64,000 nucleotides of DNA, taken from assembly GCA_965207845.1 (NCBI GenBank), contig CBDBNU010000002.1:805129-869128 (forward strand). The letters are read 5' to 3'. Within the stretch, counting starts at the first letter, position 1, and each line of letters opens with the position of its first letter. This DNA is from Dehalococcoidia bacterium (GTDB taxonomy: Bacteria; Chloroflexota; Dehalococcoidia; Lucifugimonadales; GCA-2712585). The notes beneath the pieces are model-generated. The model saw nothing but the letters and a program-made list of their open reading frames with translations, made no database searches and was not told the origin of the DNA. Shown here in pieces: positions 20,018 through 29,782 of the stretch. Both the position numbers and the translations under genes were made by a program.

Positions 20018-20331
20018 GGGTCGTCTCTCCTGGGTTGGGTGGTTCGTGTGCCTATTGTACAGGAAAGGCTCAATCTTCCCCCATCAAGGAGAGTTTTCAC
20101 CCTTACCCCTTTGACAGACTCAGGGCAGGCTTTAGTCCTCTCCCTCAGAGAGAGGGGGTTTTGCGAAGGTCTACGTTGAGGAGAAGAGTGGGCCCCCGCG
20201 TTCGCGGGGGAACGGGAGGGTGGTTCGCGAACCGCTCCTACGGGAGAGGGGAGCACAGAAGGGCGGCTACTGGTACGAGATTCTTCGTCGCGGGGCCTCC
20301 TCAGAGTATCTGTGTTGAGAATCAAGGGTAT

Positions 20332-21273
20332 TCAGGTAGAAGAGGAGGGATTGGGGACCCAGGGAGTGCCGCGTTGGGCAACGGCGCTGAGGAGCAACAG
20401 GAGCTTACGCATGACGGCGGTGAGGGCGAGTTTGCCGGACTTGCCGCGACGACGGAGTCCTTGATAGAAGTTTTTGAGGTCGTAGTTATGTCGAACGGCG
20501 GAGAGGGCAGCCATGTAGAGGGCGCTGCGCACCTTGGCGCGTCCACCGCGGATGGAGCGATAGCCCCTTCGGGCGCCGCTGTCCTTGGACCAGGGGGCGA
20601 GGCCTACGAGGGAGGAGAGCTGTCTGCCGTTGTAGAGGCCCAACTCTGGGAGGTAGACGGCCAGTATGGCGCTGGTCTGCTGGCCCACGCCTGGGACACT
20701 CTGGTAGAGATCGGTCTTGCGGGTCAAGAGTTGGCACTGGTGCAATCTCTTGTGGCACTCCTTGTCGAGGCGCTGGATCTCGTTATCGAGCCATTTGATG
20801 TGGCGCTGCATAGAGGAGCGAGCGTCTTTGGCAACGCCTTTGTCGAGCCGGTTCTTCTCCCGGGTTCGCTCCTGTACCAGCTGTCGACGACGGCTTAGCA
20901 GGTCTCTGAGTTCCTCCTCCTCGGTGTTCGGAGAGATGGTGTTGGACAACTCAAAGGTCTCTCCGTAGCGGGAGAGCATTTGGGCGTCTAGGCGGTCGGT
21001 CTTGGCCTGGTTACCCACTATACGGGCGAAGTTGCGTACCCGGTTGGGGTGGATTGGGTGCTCATTGATCTCCGAGTCCCTGACGGCTTTGACGAGGGGT
21101 CTCTCATAGCCGCCGGTGGTTTCGTATACCAGGTGGGTGACGCTGCAGCTTCGCAACCAGCCCAGCAGCCGGGCTATCTCCTTTTGGTTGTTGTCAAAGC
21201 GCTGGGGTGAACCTCCTGACACTGACACGTCCAGGCTTCTCTTACCCACGTCCACTCCCGCTACTACTTTCAC
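20332..21273 (-). CDS. IS110 DEDD recombinase/transposase
   Basis: Translation identical to copy 1. Confidence 0.95.
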   Translation of the reverse strand: MKVVAGVDVGKRSLDVSVSGGSPQRFDNNQKEIARLLGWLRSCSVTHLVYETTGGYERPLVKAVRDSEINEHPIHPNRVRNFARIVGNQAKTDRLDAQMLSRYGETFELSNTISPNTEEEELRDLLSRRRQLVQERTREKNRLDKGVAKDARSSMQRHIKWLDNEIQRLDKECHKRLHQCQLLTRKTDLYQSVPGVGQQTSAILAVYLPELGLYNGRQLSSLVGLAPWSKDSGARRGYRSIRGGRAKVRSALYMAALSAVRHNYDLKNFYQGLRRRGKSGKLALTAVMRKLLLLLSAVAQRGTPWVPNPSSST

Positions 21274-21301
21274 TTTGTGCACCTCCTCATCTATAATGCT
21301 T

Positions 21302-21480
21302 CTTGTCCTCCACACTTGCGATACGGGCCATTATGCCCAGGCATCCGTTCGGAGCGACATAGCGGCGTGAGGGGTGTCCAACTCTGAACGGCGCAGGGAC
21401 CTTACTTGCAGTTCCCTCGCCCAATGACAGTCGACGCGCCCCTCTCGCCCGCCCTCCAGATTGGCCTATCTGGGGGGCTT
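21302..21480 (-). ncRNA. Predicted IS110 bridge RNA (copy 2)
   Basis: Same sequence as the copy 1 non-coding end. Confidence 0.8.
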
Positions 21481-21610
21481 TTGCAATCATACAAATGACA
21501 TTTGGGTTGCGGGGGAACGGGAGGGTTGGGTGGTATTGACTATGGTGGAGGGTTGGTACAGAATCCCACTTGGGGAAGGGTGGCGGCGTAGCAACAGTTG
21601 TGGAGGGGTG

Positions 21611-22960
21611 ATGATTTACGATTCGGCCCAAGGAAATATAACCATCGCGGTGGCGGGGGACGCCATGATTACGCGTCCGATGCGGATGTACCGGGAGCCG
21701 TCCTTCCTGAAACTGGTGGAGCTGCTGAAGGGGGCGGACGCGAGTGTGGTGAACCTGGAGATGCTCTTTCACGACTACGAAATGAGCTGGGAATACAAGG
21801 ATACGGTGTCGTTCCAGGTGTCGGAGCCTGCCAATATCACGGAGTTGCAGTGGATGGGGTTCGACGTGGTGACGACAGCGAACAACCACTCCTACGACTA
21901 CTCGGAGGCGGGGTTTATGAAGACGCTTCAGCATTGCAGGGAGCAGGGGCTGAAGCAGGCGGGGGGAGGAAGGGACCTGGACCACGCACGGGCGCCGGCG
22001 TATCTGGACACGGCGGGGGGGCGGGTGGCGGTGATGAGCGCGACGACGACTTTTTCCAAGGACTCGCCGGCGGGATTCGGCAGGCCGGACTTTCCGGGAA
22101 AGCCGGGGGTGAACGCGCTACGGCATAGCGTGATGCACCACGTGGAGCGGGATGTGTTCGATGCGCTGCACAAGGCAAATGATGAGTTGGGATTCAGGGA
22201 AACGGAGCTGGCGGGTCGGCGGTTCCATCCCGTGAATGCGGATGAGTACGATCCGACGCGGGAGGCGCGGTTCATGGGGGGCAAGTTTGCGCTGGCGGAG
22301 GAGTTTGGCATCACGACGGCTTGCAACAGGGACGACCTTGCTGGGATAGGCAACTGGATTCGGGGAGCGAAGAAGGCGGCGGACTGGCCGGTCTACGGGG
22401 TACACTGTCACGAGAGCGGCGAAGACGGGGAGTTTCACGGGGCCTCGCGGATTGCGCCGCCGAAGTTCCTGGAGGAGTTTGCTCACTTCAGCATAGACCG
22501 GGGGTGCAGCCTGTTCTTTGCGCACGGGCCGCACTTTCTGAGGGGCATTGAGATCTATAAGGGCAAGCCAATTTTCTACAGCCTGGGGAATTTTATATTT
22601 CAAAATGAGACGGTTCAGTGGGTGCCGGAGCCGGTGTACAGAGGGCTGAACCTGAGGGACGAGCACAACCCGGGGGACTGGGGGCTGGCCCGTTCCGGCG
22701 GAGAGAGGTTCGGTTTTGCGGCTGACCCCGTCTTCTACCGGAGCGTGGTGGCGCTGTGCGACTACCGGGATGGGGACTTGAAGGAGATCCGGCTGCATCC
22801 GATAGACTTGGGATTCATGCAGCCGATGAGCCAGCGGGGACGCCCGGTGATGGCCCACGGGCCGGTGGCGCAGCAGTCGCTTCGGTGGCTACAGCAGGTG
22901 TCGAAGCCGTACGGGACGGAGATTAGCATTGAGGGGGATGTGGGGGTCATACGGCTATAG
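21611..22960 (+). CDS. CapA/PGA_cap family metallophosphoesterase-like protein
   Basis: AVAGD, VVNLE, ANNHSYDY, HGPH, YSLGNFIF. Start at ATG 21611 after GGAGG. Confidence 0.88.
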   Translation: MIYDSAQGNITIAVAGDAMITRPMRMYREPSFLKLVELLKGADASVVNLEMLFHDYEMSWEYKDTVSFQVSEPANITELQWMGFDVVTTANNHSYDYSEAGFMKTLQHCREQGLKQAGGGRDLDHARAPAYLDTAGGRVAVMSATTTFSKDSPAGFGRPDFPGKPGVNALRHSVMHHVERDVFDALHKANDELGFRETELAGRRFHPVNADEYDPTREARFMGGKFALAEEFGITTACNRDDLAGIGNWIRGAKKAADWPVYGVHCHESGEDGEFHGASRIAPPKFLEEFAHFSIDRGCSLFFAHGPHFLRGIEIYKGKPIFYSLGNFIFQNETVQWVPEPVYRGLNLRDEHNPGDWGLARSGGERFGFAADPVFYRSVVALCDYRDGDLKEIRLHPIDLGFMQPMSQRGRPVMAHGPVAQQSLRWLQQVSKPYGTEISIEGDVGVIRL

Positions 22961-22973
22961 GCCGGAGGTTGTC

Positions 22974-23139
22974 ATGTGTAGAAGTATGTCAGTCTTTGCC
23001 AGAAGTAGACGACCAAAATTGAATTGCGAGAACATTGATACCCGTGTGTAGAAGCATGTCAGTTTTTGCATTGATTCAACCAGTTCTACAAGGTCGCCAA
23101 CGCAGAGGGATTCATGTGTAGGAGCATCAAGACTTTACG
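22974..23139 (+). repeat. Three ~26-bp direct repeats with exact 70-bp period
   Basis: ATGTGTAGAAGTATGTCAGTCTTTGC (22974), GTGTGTAGAAGCATGTCAGTTTTTGC (23044) and the more diverged ATGTGTAGGAGCATCAAGACTTTACG (23114). Confidence 0.7.
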
Positions 23140-23341
23140 GCAGGTTGATCGAGCGGCCACCTCAGAGGAGATAGAGGCGGCAGCGCTGCAGTTCGTACGA
23201 AAGATCAGCGGATATCGTAAGCCTTCGAGGGTCAACGCAGAGGCTTTTGATGATGCTGTGCGGGTGGTTGCGGAGGCGTCGGAGCGGTTGCTGGGCAGGC
23301 TGACGTCGCGTCGTAATTCGTCGGGAAGCGTCGGCGGCTGA
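23114..23341 (+). CDS. DUF2277 family protein
   Basis: MCRSIKTL...AALQFVRKISG..KPS signature. Confidence 0.85.
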   Translation: MCRSIKTLRQVDRAATSEEIEAAALQFVRKISGYRKPSRVNAEAFDDAVRVVAEASERLLGRLTSRRNSSGSVGG

Positions 23342-23404
23342 GGGCTGTCGAGGGACCGACAAGACCACGAATTCTAGAGATGATTCGCAACTGATGGTCC
23401 GTCC

Positions 23405-24700
23405 GTGATTGTAGGCTGGCTCATTTCCAAACCGAGGAATCTTTTCTATGGCTGGTGGATTGTGGGCGCCGGCCTGGTGAGCATGACGCTTTCTTCCGGG
23501 CTGTTCTTCAACGGGTTCGGGTTTTACTTTCTGCCGATACAGTCGCAATTTGGGTGGAGCAGCACGGCGATGTCCGGGGCCGTCTCGCTTTCCAGGTTGG
23601 AGAGCGGGCTGCTGGGGCCGTTGGAGGGGTATCTGATCCAGCGATACGGGCCGCAGAGGGTGATGCTGGTGGGGTACCTGGTGTTTGCGGCGGGGTTTGC
23701 CCTGCTGAGCCAGTCCAGCCACATTGTAATTTTCTATTTGGCGATACTGGTGATGGCGTTGGGTTCGGGGTTGGCGGGATTCGCGGCGGTGGTGGCGGCG
23801 ATCAACAACTGGTTCCGTCGGAACAAGACCAAGGCATTCGGGATATCCATGCTTGGGCTGGGGCTTGGGGGAGTGATTTTCTCGTCATTTCTGGCTTGGT
23901 CGATAGCGGAGTATGGGTGGGAGATGACGGCGCTGTTTTCAGCGGGGATTCTGCTGATTGTGGGCGTTCCTATTTCCAGGATGGTCCGATACAGCCCGGA
24001 ACCATACGGCCTGCTGCCGGACGGGGACGACCCGGAGGAAGAGGAGGAATCGTCAACGGAGGAGAGGCCGAGGCGACGGGTGGATCCGATGGCGGACGAG
24101 GACTTTACGTGGAAGGAAGCTTTGCAGACGCCGGCGTTCTGGATTATTTCCGTGTGTCACGCGCTGGCGTTGGTGGCCATCTCGGCGACGGGAGTGCACC
24201 AGGTAGCGTACATGGAGGAAGACCTGGGGTTGTCGGGGGCGAGCGCGGCGCTGGTTGTGGTGGTGCTTTCCTCGGTGATGATGGTGTGTCAGCCGGTGGG
24301 GGGATTCCTGGGGGACCGGTATTCGAAGAGGCACATAGCGGCGATATGTCTGCTGGGGCACGGGGTGGCGATGGTACTGCTGGCGATGGCGACGGGGTTC
24401 GGGTTTCTGATGATTTACGCGGTGGTGCAGGGGCTGGCGTGGGGGACGCGGGGGCCGATAATCACGGCGATGCGGGGCGACTACTTCGGTCGGAAGGACT
24501 TTGCGCTGATCAACGGGTATTCGCAGGTGATTATGATGATGGGGATGATTGTGGGGCCGCTATTGGCCGGGATCATGGCCGACAACTACAGTTATCAGAG
24601 CGGATTTCTGATTATCGCGGGGCTGGTGGCAATGGGTTCGATTCTGTTCTTGATTATGAGGAAGCCCGTGAAGAAGAATAGGGAGAGGGCGGCAGGGTGA
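23405..24700 (+). CDS. MFS transporter (MCT/OFA-like)
   Basis: FYGWWIV, WFRRNK, GFLGDRYSKR, DYFGRK. Confidence 0.88.
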   Translation: MIVGWLISKPRNLFYGWWIVGAGLVSMTLSSGLFFNGFGFYFLPIQSQFGWSSTAMSGAVSLSRLESGLLGPLEGYLIQRYGPQRVMLVGYLVFAAGFALLSQSSHIVIFYLAILVMALGSGLAGFAAVVAAINNWFRRNKTKAFGISMLGLGLGGVIFSSFLAWSIAEYGWEMTALFSAGILLIVGVPISRMVRYSPEPYGLLPDGDDPEEEEESSTEERPRRRVDPMADEDFTWKEALQTPAFWIISVCHALALVAISATGVHQVAYMEEDLGLSGASAALVVVVLSSVMMVCQPVGGFLGDRYSKRHIAAICLLGHGVAMVLLAMATGFGFLMIYAVVQGLAWGTRGPIITAMRGDYFGRKDFALINGYSQVIMMMGMIVGPLLAGIMADNYSYQSGFLIIAGLVAMGSILFLIMRKPVKKNRERAAG

Positions 24701-24731
24701 GCCGGAGAATTCGTCCAGAAGAAGGAGGAGA

Positions 24732-25241
24732 GTGTTGATAAGGAGCCTTGGCGGAAAGACGCCGCGCATTGCGGAGACGGCGTGGGTGAGCGAGTTTGCC
24801 TACGTGATTGGGGACGTGGAGATTGGGGAGCATTCCAGTGTTTGGCCGGGGGTGACGATTCGAGGGGACGGGGACGGGCCGGTGGTGCTGGGGAATTACG
24901 TGAACGTGCAGGAAGGGTCGGTGATTCACGGGAACCACATGGTGATTGAGGACTATGTGACGGTGGGTCATTGCGTGGTGGTGCACTGCCAGCGAATTGG
25001 GGAGGGGTCTCTGATGGGGAATAACAGCACGATTTTGAACGGGACGACGGTGGGGAAGCGGTGCCTGGTGGCGGCGAACGCAGTGGTGCTGGCGAATGCG
25101 GAGGTGCCGGAGGGGTCTTTTGTGACGGGGGTGCCTGGGAAGGTGAAGCGTCCGGTGACGGAGGCGCAGGTTGAGCGGATGATGCGGACGGCGCGAAGCC
25201 TGGCGGCGAAGGCGGAGGTGTTCAAGGAGGAAGGGGTCTAG
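24732..25241 (+). CDS. Gamma carbonic anhydrase family protein
   Basis: Hexapeptide repeats, IRGD, NVQEGSVIH, VTVGH...VH. Confidence 0.88.
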   Translation: MLIRSLGGKTPRIAETAWVSEFAYVIGDVEIGEHSSVWPGVTIRGDGDGPVVLGNYVNVQEGSVIHGNHMVIEDYVTVGHCVVVHCQRIGEGSLMGNNSTILNGTTVGKRCLVAANAVVLANAEVPEGSFVTGVPGKVKRPVTEAQVERMMRTARSLAAKAEVFKEEGV

Positions 25242-25560
25242 GGTCATTGCATGACGGCAAGTTTTGCGGGGTTGGGTGGGGGTTGGGGTTTGTGGTGACG
25301 GTTGGAGGTGGGCGAGGTGGGGATGGGTGATTCGAGAACCGCGCCTACAGGGAGCTGAGAGGGAAGGGGGAAGCTGGATTCCGGCTTTCGCCGGAATGAC
25401 GGATAGGGTGGAGCGCTGCGGCTTGGGGTTGGACATGGGCAGGGTATGGGTTCCTCTGCCTTTGTAGGAGTAAGAGGGGGGAAGGGTGGTTTCTGAAACG
25501 AGGTTCCTTGGCTGTGCTGTGATCGGGGGGACATGTGGGTTGAGGGGGGGCTGGTTTGAT

Positions 25561-25730
25561 GAGGCTGTTTCAGAAGTCCGACCTCCGCGAGGAATGGGAC
25601 TTCTGGATTCCGGCATTCGCCGGAATGACGAGTTCTGGTGCGATATTCCGCACTCCAACTGAGAAAGTCTCGTAGGATCGTCTAGTGGTTCTTGGCATGA
25701 AGCATGGGTGGGGACTTCTGAAACACGTTC
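25561..25730. mobile_element. MITE-like element (family M2)
   Basis: Near-terminal perfect 14-bp IR TGTTTCAGAAGTCC / GGACTTCTGAAACA, enclosing a REP-like hairpin. No clear TSD. Confidence 0.55.
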
Positions 25731-25791
25731 GAGGAAGATACCCTCATCCCTTCGGAAGACTCAGGGGAGGCTCTAACCTTCTCCCAGGACG

Positions 25792-25912
25792 GAGAGCCTT
25801 GCGTAACTGCTGAATGTCCCATCCACACCACCCGAATCACCCCCATCTCAATCTTCCCCCATCGAGGGGGAAGAGGCTAAGAGACACCGGCGGGGGGTTA
25901 TGCAAAGGTCTC
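25792..25912. mobile_element. MITE (family M1), 121 bp
   Basis: TIR GAGAGCCTTGCGTAAC / GTTATGCAAAGGTCTC (13/16). Perfect CAGGACG duplication. An uninterrupted host hairpin is at about 41901-41926. Confidence 0.8.
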
Positions 25913-25977
25913 CAGGACGGGAGAGGGGAGGGACGGGGGGTGCGGTTTGGGGTGTGGGTTGGCGTTGAAGGGAGAGA

Positions 25978-26835
25978 TTAGGGGTGGGATTCGGACCAGA
26001 AGGCGGCGGCACCGAGAAGGCCAACGTCGTCGCCGGTTTGGGCCATGGCGACGCGGACGCGGGTGGTGATGTGGTAGGGGCCGGCGTGGGCAAGGAGGTC
26101 TCTCAGGGGTTCTAATAGGGGTTCCCCGGCGGTGGTCATTCCGCCGCCAACGACGACTAGTTCCGGGGAGAAGCAGAGCACCAGATTTCGGATGCCGATG
26201 GCGAGGTCTCTACGGAGTTGATCGAAGACTTTGGCGGCTTCTGGGTCGCCGCTGGCGGCGCGTTGGGCGACCTCTGAGACGTCGAGGCCGATGGACTGCC
26301 GCAAGGCGATGCCGGAGGCGAGTTGCTCGACGGTTCGGCCGGTGGTCCTGTCGATGATGGTGTGGCCGATTTCGCCGAGGGAGAATCTTCCCCTGAGCAT
26401 GCGACCGTTGAGGACGACGCCTGCGCCGACGCCGGTGCCTGCGGCGATGTACACCATGTCCTGGGAGCCGCGACCTGCGCCGAAGCGGAATTCGCCGAGG
26501 GCTCCTAGGTCTGCGTCGTTGGCGAGAAGGGTCTCGAGGCCGAGTGCCTCGGACAGGCGGGAGCTGCTGATGACGCCCTCCCAGGCGGGTAGGTTGGGGA
26601 GTTTGACGACACTCTGGTTGTGGTAGTCCACCAGGCCGGGGACGCCGACGACCGCGCCGGCGACTTTGCAGGGAGACTGCTGATGGGCGGAGCGCAGTGC
26701 TTCGATGAGGGTGTCGGGGTTGCCGTCGGGACTGAAGACGACCTGCTTGTCGTGGACGGAGCCACTTGTGGAAACGAGGGCGACGCGCAAACGGGTGCCG
26801 CCGAGGTCACAGGCGAGTACGTGCTGGTCAGGCAA
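25978..26835 (-). CDS. ROK family sugar kinase
   Basis: DLGGT, ANDADLGALGE, GTGVGAG, GEIGH. Confidence 0.9.
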   Translation of the reverse strand: MPDQHVLACDLGGTRLRVALVSTSGSVHDKQVVFSPDGNPDTLIEALRSAHQQSPCKVAGAVVGVPGLVDYHNQSVVKLPNLPAWEGVISSSRLSEALGLETLLANDADLGALGEFRFGAGRGSQDMVYIAAGTGVGAGVVLNGRMLRGRFSLGEIGHTIIDRTTGRTVEQLASGIALRQSIGLDVSEVAQRAASGDPEAAKVFDQLRRDLAIGIRNLVLCFSPELVVVGGGMTTAGEPLLEPLRDLLAHAGPYHITTRVRVAMAQTGDDVGLLGAAAFWSESHP

Positions 26836-26845
26836 TTCGGTTCGG

Positions 26846-27337
26846 TCAGGCGGGGCCGGAGGTCTTGAGATAGGAGCGTTCGAGGGAGAGGACCTTGTTC
26901 AGGCGACGCTGGTACTTTTCCTCTGGGAGGAAGCGGGCGTTCAGGAACTCTGTGACGAACTTCTTTGCCTGTTCGGGGGAGATGATGCGTGCGCCGAGGC
27001 AGAGGACGTTCATGTCATCGTGCTCGACGCCCTGGCGTGCGGAATATTCGTCGTGGCAGACGGAGGCTCGGACGCTTGGGACCTTGTTGGCGGCGACGGA
27101 GGCGCCGACGCCGCTGCCGCAGATGACGATTCCGCGCCATGCCTGGCCGGAAGCAACGGATTCGGCGACAGCGCGGGCGAAGTCGGGGAAGTCGTCGAGG
27201 GGATCGAGGGTGTGGGCGCCGACGTCGTGGACGTCGTAGCCGAGGCTCCGGAGGAAGGGGAGGAGTTGCTGCTTGAGGGGAAAGCCGCCGTGGTCGGCGC
27301 CGATGGCGAGGGTATGGGGGGTGGGAGGGTTGGTCAT
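26846..27337 (-). CDS. rpiB: Ribose-5-phosphate isomerase B
   Basis: GADHGG, ICGSGVG, ANKV, NVLCLGAR. Confidence 0.92.
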   Translation of the reverse strand: MTNPPTPHTLAIGADHGGFPLKQQLLPFLRSLGYDVHDVGAHTLDPLDDFPDFARAVAESVASGQAWRGIVICGSGVGASVAANKVPSVRASVCHDEYSARQGVEHDDMNVLCLGARIISPEQAKKFVTEFLNARFLPEEKYQRRLNKVLSLERSYLKTSGPA

Positions 27338-27386
27338 GGTTGTGGGCGCCTATTCTCAGTGGGTTCTTGATGTTTCCTGAATTGGG

Positions 27387-28250
27387 TTATTCACCCTTTT
27401 GGAGCTCCCATATTATCACGATGGGGATTCCCTTTTCTGCAACTTCCATTAATCCGTCCAGGTGAAGGTCTTCAATCTGCCTCCCCAAGTTCCCGGCGGA
27501 AATTTCCTGATCGCCATAGAGGGGCTCAATACATTGTACGATGTTGAGTCCAGCTTCTTGAATGGCAGACAGATAAGCCGATACTTGATGGACGTGGTTC
27601 CTCACGAACCTGGTCGTGGTTTGACCCAGTTGATAGTCAGCGTGCGCACCCAGCATTATGAGGAAAGGATGGACATCGGAGATGATCAGAGTTCCTCCCG
27701 GGCGGATGACTCGCGAAAGTTCGGTGATGGGAGGGATGAGGTTGGGGCAGTGCGTCAGCGACAGCGAGCAAACAGCCAGGTCAACTGCGTCGTCCGGCAG
27801 CGGGATGGAGTCCAACTCCGCAAGCTCAAACCTTGCTCCGGGCACCTTTGACCTGGCCACTTCGAGCATTTCGGAGGTGGCGTCGATACCAGTTACCCGG
27901 TGACCCAAGGAGGCGAGGTATTCAGCATGCCGCCCTGTGCCACAGGCCGCATCGAGGGCCTTGCCGACGGGATGATTGGCGATGAGACTGCGTATGATGG
28001 GCTGTTCCGCCAGAATCGGTGGGCTGCTTGAATTGTCATAGGAGGTTGCCCATTCAGCGTAACCCGTTATGGCAGTGCGCTCCATTCCCTCAATAGCGTT
28101 GGACCAAGGAGGCTTTTCAAGCTGCCTGACGATTTCCGCGATCATCTTTGATCTGGCTTTAACTGTTGCAGGGTCTATCATCCAGGAGCGAAGGATTGCG
28201 AGTCCCTCCAAGCCGAGGACAAATTCGCCGAATGTGGGATGCTCAGACAT
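27387..28250 (-). CDS. Class I SAM-dependent methyltransferase
   Basis: LDAACGTGRH, RVIRPGG. Confidence 0.88.
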   Translation of the reverse strand: MSEHPTFGEFVLGLEGLAILRSWMIDPATVKARSKMIAEIVRQLEKPPWSNAIEGMERTAITGYAEWATSYDNSSSPPILAEQPIIRSLIANHPVGKALDAACGTGRHAEYLASLGHRVTGIDATSEMLEVARSKVPGARFELAELDSIPLPDDAVDLAVCSLSLTHCPNLIPPITELSRVIRPGGTLIISDVHPFLIMLGAHADYQLGQTTTRFVRNHVHQVSAYLSAIQEAGLNIVQCIEPLYGDQEISAGNLGRQIEDLHLDGLMEVAEKGIPIVIIWELQKGE

Positions 28251-28266
28251 GATTGACCGTCTTCAT

Positions 28267-29619
28267 CTAGTTTACTTGGTAGATTTCGGTGTCGGGGTAG
28301 AAATCGGTCCAGCCGAACCAGAAGGAGAGGGTGGTGGGGATTTGCTGGAGGGTATTACCCTGGAGTTCGCCTTCGACAGCCTCGCCGGTGAGGGCGAACC
28401 AGCTGGTGTTTGTTTCCGTGTCCTGGATGTAGAGGGACTCGCCAGTTGTCTCGGAAGGCTCGAAGGTGAGGGTCTGACCGTCGACGATTCTGCTGAAGAC
28501 CACGCCTGCGCCGGAGCCTGCATCGAAAGTGACGAGGACGGGGTCGTCGCCGACGACGTCGTTGACGATGGGGGAGTCGTTGAGAACGCTGAAGGGGTAG
28601 GCGCGGATGACGTCGTTGTGAACGAGGCCGACGACGTACTCCTTGGTGTAGAGGCGGTCGTCGGGGTTGGACTCGCCGAGGACACCGGCGTCGGACCTTG
28701 CGTAGTAGGACTCGTAGGAGTCGCGGCTGGAGCTGCTGCCCTTGTCGAGGACGAGGGTGTCGGGGTGGAGTTCGGCCCAGGTGGCCCAATCAGTCATGAG
28801 GGCGGGTAGGAGTTTGAGTTCAGTGCCTCTGAGGTCGCCGCGAATGGCGCGGGTGAGGAACTGGCTCCAGAGGCTGTCGGTCTGGTGGTCGTACATGATG
28901 AGGGTGTTCATGACGAGTTTTCCGGAGACGCCGAAGGTGAGGGTCTGTTCGTTGATATCGCGGGCAAAAACCATGCCCGTAAAGCAGAGGGGTCACCAGG
29001 TGGCCGCAATGGCCACACCTCCAAGCTCGTCGTTGACGATTTCGCGATTGCTGAGGTAGGGAACGGAGTAGGCCTTGTGTTCATCGTTGATGGAGACACC
29101 GAGGATGAGTTCGTCGGGCTGGTACTGGTCCCACGCCTCGGTGGCGTTGATGAAGGTGGGGTCGAGGATGGCGGGGATGGCATCCTTGGGAAGGAGGGTG
29201 ATGACGTTCAGGTCGTCGTCGGGGAGAGATTCGGCCGGAGTGGGTTGTGCAGTGGCGGTGATGGTTGGTGCCTGGGTTGGGGATATGGGGGTTGGAGTTG
29301 CGATGGCGGTAGTTGTCGGAGTAGGGCTGGGAGGAGGATCGGGAATGGGTGTGGGGTCTGGACTTCTGGGAGTGAACCCGGTGGGTCGTTGGATGGGAGT
29401 GCGGACGTAGGATGTTGGGGAGGGTGACGGCGCGGGAGTGGTGGCGGGAGTTTCGGCTGCAATGGCGGGGGTTGTTGGCTGAGGGGAGGGGGCAGCCTGG
29501 GCGGGCTGCGATGCGACTGTCGGCTCGGGGATGGGGTCCTGGCCGCAGGCGGCGATTAACAGTGCGGTGGTGAGGACTAGAATGAGGGTGGCGAGGGGGA
29601 ATCCGAGAATTTTCGTCAA
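28267..29619 (-). CDS. DUF3179 family (seleno)lipoprotein; TGA at 28993-28995 read as Sec
   Basis: The two track ORFs are in frame across one TGA, giving ATW-U-PLC-FTG. Also LLPKDAIPAI, FGVSGKL, MYDHQTDSLWSQ, FWFGW..FYP and lipobox IAAC. Confidence 0.85.
28961..28979 (-). promoter_or_regulatory. Candidate bacterial SECIS hairpin
   Basis: CGGGCA-UGGUUUU-UGCCCG begins 13 nt after the UGA. Confidence 0.6.
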
Positions 29620-29782
29620 CTAAGTCCTCTTATTGGGGGGAGTGAGGGATTGGGGAATGCGGGGAGGCGTTCCATGAGATTATACGAAATGATTGAAGGA
29701 ATGGATGGGTTGGGGGGCTAACGTTTGGGGAATGAGGGTGAATGGGCCCCGCTTGTGGGAGGCGATTGTATGGGTGTGGGTG

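Larger units (their letters stand above)
20306..21494 (-). mobile_element. IS110-family element, copy 2 (1189 bp)
   Basis: Same ends GTATCTG...CATACAA, inserted in the same repeat. Confidence 0.95.

Noticed and set aside
21461-21610. N-terminal extension of the CapA ORF
   Set aside because: It starts inside the IS end. A better RBS and ATG lie at 21611.
22974-23139. CRISPR array interpretation of the 70-bp periodic repeats
   Set aside because: Only three degenerate, non-palindromic units, the third being a gene start, and no cas genes in the window.
28267-29619. Two separate genes or a nonsense pseudogene
   Set aside because: The single TGA falls exactly at the first position of a CxxC-type motif and is followed by a SECIS-like hairpin.
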